From Thermoanaerobaculia bacterium (lineage in GTDB: Bacteria > Acidobacteriota > Thermoanaerobaculia > Multivoradales > UBA5704), in assembly GCA_044226625.1 (NCBI GenBank), contig JBGAGQ010000011.1:1-64000 (forward strand): a stretch of DNA of 64,000 nt, in the 5' to 3' direction. Each line of letters opens with the position of its first letter. Positions within the stretch are counted from its first letter, which is position 1. Positions 1 to 7,835 of this stretch are shown in pieces. The position numbers and the translations under genes were made by a program. A model generated the notes under the pieces. It saw nothing but the letters and a program-made list of their open reading frames with translations, was not told where the DNA came from and did not search any database.

Positions 1-2
1 GA

Positions 3-665
3 CAAAATTCACCAAGGCCGCCTTGGCAGTGGACCGACGAGGAGCGGATCGCCAAGCGTTACAACCCGGCTTCCATGCATGCCCGCGAGGACGCCTACGT
101 CGAAAACACGGAAGGCGCGGACGCGGCCTCCGGTCGCGACGTCGTGCAGGGTGAAAGAAACCCGGAGCTCTTCCTGCCCTTCGAGCTCTATCAAGCCCTC
201 CTTGCGCGGGCCTTTTCGCCCTTGCCGGAGGCGAGCCAGGTATATCGCGACGTCTACCAGGAAAGGTCTGGCAACGCCTGGTTTGGCGACGACTTTTGGC
301 AGCGATTCGAGAAGACGGCTCGACCTTACCTTGATTTGATCCAGGCCCAGCGAACGCTCCGGCAGGAATATCAAACGGCGCGCCCCGGAAGGCAGGCGGA
401 AATCAGCCGGCAGGCCGAAGAGCTCGGGAGAGAGGATTGTCGGTTGCGCCTCCAGAATCTCGAGGCGGCGCGAGCGACCTTCGGCCGCGAAGCTTTCGAC
501 CGCTTTCTCTACGAGGCGGTGGCGGCTGGAATGTTGAGTATCTCCGTTTCAGACACTTCCGACGAAAGCGACGCTTCCGCCGAACATCTCCGTTACCTTG
601 CAGGAGGATGCCTGTGGCGTCAAAGCGTAGCGCCGATGATCCGTCCTTTTCCCCGTAAAGGATAG
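3..665 (+). CDS. Hypothetical protein, 5'-truncated by the window edge
   Basis: The frame of ORF 75..665 is open back to base 3 (QNSPRPPWQWTDEERIAKRYNPASMH...). The composition is protein-like and helical. It converges on the RM gene. Confidence 0.65.
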   Translation, partial: QNSPRPPWQWTDEERIAKRYNPASMHAREDAYVENTEGADAASGRDVVQGERNPELFLPFELYQALLARAFSPLPEASQVYRDVYQERSGNAWFGDDFWQRFEKTARPYLDLIQAQRTLRQEYQTARPGRQAEISRQAEELGREDCRLRLQNLEAARATFGREAFDRFLYEAVAAGMLSISVSDTSDESDASAEHLRYLAGGCLWRQSVAPMIRPFPRKG

Positions 666-667
666 GG

Positions 668-3600
668 TCACCGCGGGACCGACCTCATGGCCCGGGTGAT
701 TTCAACCGTCGCGACGCTGACCGCCGTCACCCGCATCAGGAGGTCGACGACTTTCTCTTTGTAATCGGCGAAGCGGTAGGTGTCGAATTTCGCGCGGATC
801 GTAGGGTCCTTCGGCTTCTTCTCTTTGTACTGGTCCAGGATCCATTCGAGCGCGCAGCGATTTCCAAGCTGGTACTCCCATGCTTCGGGTGGAATGCCGG
901 AGAGCACGGTCTCACTGTCGAGGGTGATGCTCCCGCCTTCCTTGTTCGCCTTGAGAATTGCTTTGGGGGGTTGACCCGCGCGTTGCGCCCGCTCGTCGGG
1001 GACGTCGATGCGCCGCAGCGGAAACGGCTCGACGGTCTCATAGCCGATGTGGAGATCCATCAGACTTCGCCCCCAGTCGGCCCAGCGCCAAAAGTCTTCG
1101 TAAAACGGAATGCGCGGCAGCTCGCGCTTAAGATTCTGGGCGTATTTCTCTCGATAGATTGGGTCGTGGAGGACGCCGTAGGTGTAATGGAAGATCGCGT
1201 CCTTCGTGATCGGGCGCTCCTTCCTGCCGCGGCCCGGCTGATAGTGCTTCCTGAATCTTTCCAGAGACCAATCGGTAATGTTTTCGCGGGTTGATCCTGT
1301 CTCGGTAAACACCTTTAATGGAATCTGCTGGAAGGCATCTACTGATGCTCCAAAATGGAGGTCCGCGATCCCTTCAACCGCGAGTGCAACGAAATCCGTG
1401 CGAGATCCGATGTCGCTGAAGCAAATCGCCACGTTCTTCGCTGAAACCGGAAACATTGACCCGCACGCCCCTGGACGGTCGATGAACAGGAGCGATTGAT
1501 ATATGAACGCAGGAACGAAGGGTCTGTAGGCGGCTCTCCGGATTCTCTCCTTGGAAAATTCTTCTTTCGCCCCGGCAAGAAAGCGACGCTTGAGAGTCTC
1601 GGACCATTTGATTTCTGGGTCCTGAGTCTTTGCGGGGAGAGCAGCCCGATAGGAGCTTATGAGGTGTTCGGCTTTTTCTCGAAGAGCCGCAGGGCTCAAG
1701 TCATAGAGCCATTCATCTCGATTAGTTGAAATGCCGAGGGAATAGACTTTGAAGATCGCTCTCTCCTGACGGCCTTTGGTGGCCGCCCTTGTAGCCTTGT
1801 CCGCTACCGGGATCAGTGAATCGAAGTCGTTATTCGTCTGATTGATCCAGTTTTGCTTCGAGTCCGGCTGAACCTCATTGAACGTCAGCGAATCAATCCT
1901 AGTCTCACTAATGACCTCTAGCTTCTCGCTTGCTGTCTCCATCTCAGGGCGGCGGTAATAGAAGATCCGACACCCCTGGCGTTTTGCTCTTCTTACCAGG
2001 AACGTGATCGCCACGCCCGTTTGGATACCGAACACGTTGTGCTTTGTGCCGGAGAGTTTCGGATTGGAGCGCACGTCGCCGCCCAGGTCCACAATCCGTA
2101 TCTCGCTGAACTCATTGGCGACCACCTTGCGGAACCCATCGAACGTCCGGCTGTCGATGAAGCTTCGGTTCGTGATGAAGGCCAAAATTCCGTTTGCATC
2201 CAACCGATCGCTCGCCCAGCGGAAGAATCGAGAGTACATGTCGTAAAGCTTCGTCTTCTGCGCCGTACTCTCCGCGATGTAGGTCTTCTTGATCCGGAGG
2301 TCGATATCCGGATATTCCCGGTTCTTGTTGTTCTCGTTCTCGTTCAGCTGATTCGCGTTATAAGGCGGGTTGCCTAGGATGACGCTGATGCGCCGCGCGT
2401 TCTGGCGGCGGATACGGGCGACGTTCTCCTCGGTGACGCTGCCAAACAAAGTTCCCTGCGTACCGAACGCCGCCGTGTGAAGACCCACGTTGTCCAACGT
2501 GTCTACGAAGCAGAGATTCGGGAACTCCTCGTACTCCCCGGTGATCGCGGCGTACGTCGCCTCGATGTTCAGGTTCGCCACGTAGTACGGCAGGATCGCG
2601 ACCTCGTTCGCGTGGAGCTCCTCGCGGTACTTTTGCTTGAGCTTCGCCGGCTGACCGCGGAAATGTTCCAAAAGCTCGCAGACGAACGTTCCGGTCCCCG
2701 TCGCCGGATCCAGAATCTCCACGTCCTTGTCAATCAAACTACGGCCGAAATGATGCTGGCAGAGCCAATCCGCGCTCTCTATCATGAAGCGGACGATCTC
2801 ATTCGGCGTATAGACCACCCCGAGCCGATCGGCGGCTTTCGGGTTGTACACCTTGTAAAAGCCCTCGTAGATCACCTTCAGGAAGTTCTGCTTCTCGTCA
2901 TGCGTGGCCACCTGGGCGGCGGTGGAGCGGATCGCGCTGTAGTAGGGCTCGAGCCCCTTAAGCGTCTGGAACTTCGTATTGCCGGTGAAGAACGTGCTCT
3001 CCAGCTTGTACAGCTCGCGCGCCACGTTGTTGTCCTGGTGGAACGGCGTGCGTGCCCGGAAAGACGGCCGAGAAGATCTCCTCCGTGAGGATGTGCTGGA
3101 TCAACATCTCGCGGACGTCCGCCTCGGTGAGGCTCGGATTGATCGTCTCCCGCGCGTGGGCGAGGAAGCTCTCGGCGGCTTGGCGGAAACCGGCCTGGCG
3201 GGAATGGGCGTCCTCGATCATTGCGCGAAGGGCTTCGAGAACCTCGGGCAGGTCGAGTTGAAACTGCGCGACCGCCTTGCGGAACTGGACGATCTTGGGA
3301 TTCTCGAAGCCGAAGAACAGCGTCAGTAGCTTTTCGAGAGCCGCCACGTCGTCGACCGCGCACCGGATGACCTCCGTCCGGGATTGGAGGAGAACGGCCT
3401 CCCGGGAGTCCTCGAAGATGATGTTGTCCTGCGGATAGCCGCGCTTCAGCTTGTAGGCGATCTCGGCGTCCAGGTCGTCCTTCTCGTCCTTCGCCTCCCA
3501 ATAGCCGAACGGCAGGCGCAGCTCATAGAGCAGGGCGCCGTCCACGTAACGTCGCTCCTTGGTCGGCGATTCGATTTCGAACTCCGGAACGAAGATCAGG

Positions 3601-3731
3601 TTCTGCGACCGCGCCCATCCCTTGAGCAGGTCCTTGAACGCCTCTCGAACGACGGACTCGCGATTCGTCCCCGAAACGCGGCGCAGATCACGCAGCTGAT
3701 TTAGGTACTGCTGGATTAGTAGCTGGCTCAA
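668..3731 (-). pseudogene. Type IIG/IIL-like restriction-modification enzyme (nuclease + N6-adenine MTase + type ISP-like specificity domain), frameshifted
   Basis: The N-terminal ORF (TTG at 3731) has the PD-(D/E)xK-like VDG...YWEAKD. The second ORF has DPATGTG (motif I), GNPPY (motif IV) and a C-terminal YxxNLKRELPRIP...WEYQLGNRCALEW region. The frames join if the duplicated CGTG at 3047-3054 is removed. Confidence 0.85.
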
Positions 3732-4053
3732 GGGGGGGGTTCTCCGGCGCAAATTGTGGTCCGTCCGGCGGCAGCGTGCAAACCCTCCTCCGACTACGAA
3801 AAAGCGCAGAACCCTACAACAAAACGACTTGGCATTTCCGGCGAAAAACGAGCAAAGGCCCTATGCTCGAAAATGGACTGGAAATTACACATTCCGACGA
3901 CGTACGGTTCGCCTCGCGATGAACACGAGCCGCCCGTTGCCCATGCTTCTCGGGTCCGGATCTCGAGCTTGCCCGGGAGATCAGCCAGCTGAACTGAGGG
4001 GAACCGCGATCACCAACCCCTCGACGCCTCCGGATGGATGCGTCGACCAGGTG

Positions 4054-4093
4054 AAAAAAAAGCGCTGCGCAGAGGCTGGCCACCCCTGCGCAG
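4054..4093 (-). terminator. Rho-independent terminator for a minus-strand transcript through the repeat array
   Basis: Minus strand reads CTGCGCAGGGGT-GGCCA-GCCTCTGCGCAG, then CGC and T8. It lies just after the TGA at 4096-4098. Confidence 0.7.
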
Positions 4094-4095
4094 GT

Positions 4096-4497
4096 TCAGA
4101 CGATCGGGGAGGCCGTTGCGTGCAGCTCGGCTTCCCCTGGGTGCTCCGGTCCGCCGGCTCCCGAACGCGAGATCGAACGCCGAGGCACCGAGGCACTGCG
4201 GCAGTGTACAGGTGCAACGGCGTTTTGTAGCAGGGCAATCCGCCGGCGCACCGGTGCACGGGCACTTTGCACCGGTGCACGGCGGCGGCGTACCGGTGCG
4301 CTGGGATTTTGTAGCGGTGCACTCCGGCAGTGCACCGGTGCGCCGGAGCTTTGTAGCGGTGCACAGCGGCGGCGAACCCGTGCGCTGGCATTTTGCGGCG
4401 GTGCACTCCAGCAGCGCACCGGTGCGCCGGCGTTTTGCTCCGGTGCACAGCGGCAGCGCACCGGTGCAACGCGCGTTGCACCGCCGGTTGTGAACAC
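4096..4497 (-). CDS. Possible 133-aa Ala-Pro heptad-repeat basic peptide encoded by the array (may instead be non-coding RNA)
   Basis: GTG at 4497. The frame reads APVRCRC APEQNAG APVRCWS APPQNAS..., with Ala kept in all 14 units. The stop codon abuts the terminator. Confidence 0.35.
   Translation of the reverse strand: MFTTGGATRVAPVRCRCAPEQNAGAPVRCWSAPPQNASARVRRRCAPLQSSGAPVHCRSAPLQNPSAPVRRRRAPVQSARAPVRRRIALLQNAVAPVHCRSASVPRRSISRSGAGGPEHPGEAELHATASPIV
4189..4483. repeat. Degenerate tandem array of 14 x 21-bp units (42-bp higher-order dimer) ending in a 22-bp perfect palindrome
   Basis: A CGGTGC core or close variant occurs at 4189, 4210, 4231, 4252 ... 4441, 4462 with no indels. The palindrome CGGTGCAACGCGCGTTGCACCG is at 4462-4483. 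Confidence 0.92.
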
Positions 4498-4572
4498 TCC
4501 TAAACCTAGAACTACCAACGACTTGACCCAGCCGTCCGCCTCCGAGGCGCCCGGCTGTCGAAGGAGATCGCG

Positions 4573-4953
4573 ATGAAGCGCAGAACGTATTCGGAGCAGG
4601 TGGACCGGTGGCAGAGCGTCGCCCAGAACATCGAGGCGATGGTGCCCAACCTGCCGGGGATCGAGGGACCGTACGCGGAGCTCAAACAGAAGGTCGAGGC
4701 TCTGCGTTCGGCGCACGACAACATCCTGATGATGACCGCCAAACAGCACGAGGCGGTCCTGCAGCGGCGCAGCTTGGCCGGGGAGGTCCGCGACGCGGTA
4801 CGCCGGATCTCGGCGATCTCCCGCGGCCAGCTGGGGTTCAAGAACCCGCTGTTGGACTCGTTCGGGGTCCGCTCCGAAGACCCGAGCCGACGTGTCCGGA
4901 AGGGCACGGAGGCGACCCAGGCGAAGAAGAAGGAAGAGATCCTGCCTTCGTAA
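4573..4953 (+). CDS. Small helical/coiled-coil hypothetical protein with basic C-terminal tail
   Basis: AAGGAG RBS before the ATG and GC3-rich codons. Long amphipathic helices lead to GxxNPLLxxFG and a Lys/Arg-rich tail. It has its own terminator. Confidence 0.85.
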   Translation: MKRRTYSEQVDRWQSVAQNIEAMVPNLPGIEGPYAELKQKVEALRSAHDNILMMTAKQHEAVLQRRSLAGEVRDAVRRISAISRGQLGFKNPLLDSFGVRSEDPSRRVRKGTEATQAKKKEEILPS

Positions 4954-4975
4954 GGCTCTGAAGTCGTCGGGTGAC

Positions 4976-5005
4976 CGGGGTGAGGCTTCGACCTCACCCC
5001 GTTTT
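4976..5005 (+). terminator. Rho-independent terminator
   Basis: CGGGGTGAGG-CTTCGA-CCTCACCCCG followed by TTTT, 22 nt after the stop at 4953. Confidence 0.8.
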
Positions 5006-5047
5006 CGTTGAGTTGTCAAAAAGGGCCATAAAGTGCCTGTATTGGCC

Positions 5048-5078
5048 TTGACAGCGGTAATCGGTTTGCGCGATATTC
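5048..5078 (+). promoter_or_regulatory. Putative sigma70 promoter overlapping an inverted repeat
   Basis: TTGACA at 5048 with a GATATT-like -10. An upstream TGTCAA...GGCCA / TGGCC-TTGACA dyad overlaps it. Confidence 0.35.
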
Positions 5079-5185
5079 CGTTTCGGCGACATACGGCACG
5101 CATAACGACGCCGGAATCGCCCCACCTTGGTTGAGCCGTGACCGCGGCCGAGATCCGCGAATCCAGTCCTCAGGAGGTGAACGTC

Positions 5186-5656
5186 ATGACGAAGGTGCTG
5201 CGTCTCACGCTGCCCGTGCGGGTCTTCGAGCAATTGCAGGCGGAGGCGGCCGCAGCGAATCTGCGCGGCGTCGAGCTGGCCCGGCGCTTCATCGGCGCCC
5301 GGTATGCACCAGGAGCCCCGGACGGCGGCGAGAAACTCCCGCCGACTGGGAACTACGATGCGAACAGCCGGCCGAGCCGCAGCGACTCAAGGGCGCTCCT
5401 CGACGATGGAAGTCTCGCCTTTCACCGCGCCACGGACGCGTACGGCCGAATCGCCTTGGCGGTCGAACGAGTCGCCGAGGCCAACCGACGCGCGGAGATC
5501 GGGAAGGATCTGGAAATCGTGGGCGATGCCGTCGCGATCCTGCCCGAGCTGATCGAACAGCTCGAGGGCGCGCAGGCTCGGCCGGAGGCTCGCGGCGGTC
5601 GGAAGGCCGTTCCGGTCAACGACAACGACGACGAAGCCGACGAGCTCTCGACGTAG
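5186..5656 (+). CDS. Hypothetical protein with ribbon-helix-helix-like N-terminus
   Basis: GGAGGT RBS and ATG at 5186. MTKVLRLTLPVRVFEQLQAEAAAANLRGVELARRFI fits the RHH strand-helix-helix pattern. Confidence 0.7.
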   Translation: MTKVLRLTLPVRVFEQLQAEAAAANLRGVELARRFIGARYAPGAPDGGEKLPPTGNYDANSRPSRSDSRALLDDGSLAFHRATDAYGRIALAVERVAEANRRAEIGKDLEIVGDAVAILPELIEQLEGAQARPEARGGRKAVPVNDNDDEADELST

Positions 5657-5683
5657 GCCGGCTCCTCCTGGCTCGATCGATCG

Positions 5684-6352
5684 TCAGTCCGATCCGCGGG
5701 ACGTCCTTTTTCCGGAGCGTGATGGCTCGACGAGGGCTTCGAGCGACTCGAGCAAGGCGTTTGCGAGCGTCAGGATCGACTCCGCGCTTCGCGCCGAACG
5801 GAGCGCTTCGGTCAGGCGTTCGGCACCGGCGGTTGCCATTTCGAGCAACGGAACCACGTCCTCGTCCGAGGGGAGCCCCGCGTCGCCGATCGCCCGCAGC
5901 CGCTCGAAGAGGGGCAGGCCGTGGGAAAGGGCTTCGCGCAGCCGCTCGAAACGCTCTTCGCGGGTTCTCCGGCCCAACTCGGCGAGCGAGGCGTCCCGCG
6001 GCGGACGGGAGGGAGCGTAGGTCGAAGCGACCTCCCGGGCGATCGGGGAGCCCCGTTTTCGGTCTTCGCGCACGGCCCCCTTGAGCTCGGCGAGCGGTAC
6101 GCCAAAGAGCGCGGCGACATGGCCCTGGCTCCGGCAGTGGCTTTCGAGCGCTTGGCGGTTGGCGGGAGAAGGCCGAATCTTCGCGCAGCAGGCCCGCCGC
6201 TCGGCGGCGGAAGGAACCCAGAGCCCCTCTTGCCACGACCCGTCCGGCTGCGTTTGACGGCCGCTTCGGGCATAGAAGGTCTCGATCGCCCGGCGCAGGC
6301 GCTCCGGCTCGGACCGCTGATCTGCTGGGGGACCGGTCGGAGAAGAATCCAT
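5684..6352 (-). CDS. Hypothetical protein with CC...HC...H putative metal-binding motif
   Basis: 222-aa ORF with PDGSW...WVPS...ERRACCAKIRPS...HCRSQGHVAALFGV followed by a helical C-terminus. Confidence 0.65.
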   Translation of the reverse strand: MDSSPTGPPADQRSEPERLRRAIETFYARSGRQTQPDGSWQEGLWVPSAAERRACCAKIRPSPANRQALESHCRSQGHVAALFGVPLAELKGAVREDRKRGSPIAREVASTYAPSRPPRDASLAELGRRTREERFERLREALSHGLPLFERLRAIGDAGLPSDEDVVPLLEMATAGAERLTEALRSARSAESILTLANALLESLEALVEPSRSGKRTSRGSD

Positions 6353-6717
6353 CGGTCTTGGGTCGTCCCGTCGGTCGGTTTCGCGCCCCCGGTTGCCGAC
6401 GAGGCCGAAACTCGGCCCGGTCGCGGCTCATCGATGCGCGGTTTCGACATCATATTGCCGTTTATGGCATCTCGTCGCGTCTTTTGGGATCTTTGCTCGA
6501 CGTCGAACGGTTCTACCCAAGGGCTTCGGGCCGGAGGGGCAGTTCTCGAACGGCCGCCAGGCCTCCCGGCGGATCCGCGGGCGGATCGAGCGCCGAGCCG
6601 TGTGGTGGGCAAAAGGCCGTTCCCACGGAAAAGCTCGGCGGAATCGCGATTTGACCGTCGCCCGGGGGGGAGCTACCATGCTTGTCCGAGCTTCCGGCAG
6701 CCAGGAGGAACAGCACG

Positions 6718-7581
6718 ATGTCGCGTAGCAGATTTAGCCTTCGCTCTCCCTCCGCCTGGTTGTGGGCGGCCGCCGCCCTCGCGTCCGTCTCGCCCGGCTC
6801 GCCGGTATCGGCCGCTTCGACGACGCTCACCAATCCGACCGTGGTGTTCACCTCGGCGGGAACGAAGCAGGTCTCCCTCCAGGCGTGCAACGCCGCGGGA
6901 TGCGATACGGAAACCAAGTCGGTCTCGGTGCTCGACCCGATTCCGACGATCGTCTCGGCGGTCGCCACTCCGGGATCCGTCCAGGTGGGCGAGCTGCTAC
7001 GCCTTTCCGGTGCCGGAACCGGGGCGCCCCCGCTCACCTATACCTGGAAGGTCTACTCGGGTCTCGACCTGGTGGCGACCCTGCCGGGCGCGACCGCCTG
7101 GTGGGATACCACGGGCAGCGCGCCGGGCCTGTACACGGCGCAGCTCTCGGTCGGCAACTCGTTCACTACGGTCCTGTCCGCGATCCTGCCGCTCACGGTC
7201 CAGACCTACACGCCGCCGAACTTCTTCACCCTCTCGCCCTGCCGGGTGATCGACACGCGCAACACGACCCCGCTCTCCTCCGGGATCGCCCGCTCGATCG
7301 CCCTCTCCGCGGTGGGCTGCGGCGTGCCGGCGACCGCCAAGGCGATCTCGGCGAACCTGTCGGTGACGTCTCCGTCGGGCTCCGGGCTGGTCGTCCTCTA
7401 TCCGGGCAACTATCCCCGCCCGGGCACCCAGTCGCTCAACTTCGGTGCCGGCCAGACGCGAACCAACAACATCGTGATCGAGCTGGCCTCGGACGGCACC
7501 GCCACCCTGAACGCCGAAGCCACGATGACCGCCGGGGGCACCGTCCACTTCATCTTGGACGTGAACGGCTACTTCGAGTAG
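6718..7581 (+). CDS. Secreted PKD-domain protein with C-terminal beta-rich domain
   Basis: AGGAGG RBS and a signal peptide. It has PKD-like YTW...PGLYTAQLSV segments and a C-terminal FFTLSPCRVIDTR...HFILDVNGYFE domain. Confidence 0.8.
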   Translation: MSRSRFSLRSPSAWLWAAAALASVSPGSPVSAASTTLTNPTVVFTSAGTKQVSLQACNAAGCDTETKSVSVLDPIPTIVSAVATPGSVQVGELLRLSGAGTGAPPLTYTWKVYSGLDLVATLPGATAWWDTTGSAPGLYTAQLSVGNSFTTVLSAILPLTVQTYTPPNFFTLSPCRVIDTRNTTPLSSGIARSIALSAVGCGVPATAKAISANLSVTSPSGSGLVVLYPGNYPRPGTQSLNFGAGQTRTNNIVIELASDGTATLNAEATMTAGGTVHFILDVNGYFE

Positions 7582-7835
7582 GCCAGGCCGGTCGCTCGCG
7601 CCTGTCAGGAAGCCGCACCTGGACAAACCGGAGTCGAGGAACTACCCGGGTGCATATCTCGGTTTGATATGCCCCTGCGCGCCATTCGCGCCAATGTTTT
7701 CTAGTGTTTGGGAAAATTCAGCGAATCTTCTCCAGCTGTTCGCGGAGAACGTGTAGTGAAGCGTCGCAGCCCCTCCTGCCCTCGCGTTGGCGCGAAGGTA
7801 TGCTACGATATCAGTACTAAATCTTTGTAGTTTAC

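Noticed and set aside
3732-3739. G8 tract before the RM start as a phase-variation switch
   Set aside because: Short G runs are common in this GC-rich sequence (for example 6664-6670), and a single sequence gives no evidence of length variation.
4189-4483. CRISPR array
   Set aside because: The conserved core is only 6 bp, the intervening sequences are related to each other rather than unique spacers, the period is 21 bp, and no cas genes are present.
3981-4493. ORFs 3981..4481 (-) with HRC repeats and 4038..4493 (+) as real genes
   Set aside because: They stay open because the repeat period is a multiple of 3. The minus ORF runs through the terminator and neither has a well-placed RBS.
7787-7804. 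Sigma-54 promoters at 7787 and 58284
   Set aside because: The GG-to-GC spacing is 11 at the first site and the -12 GC is absent at the second.
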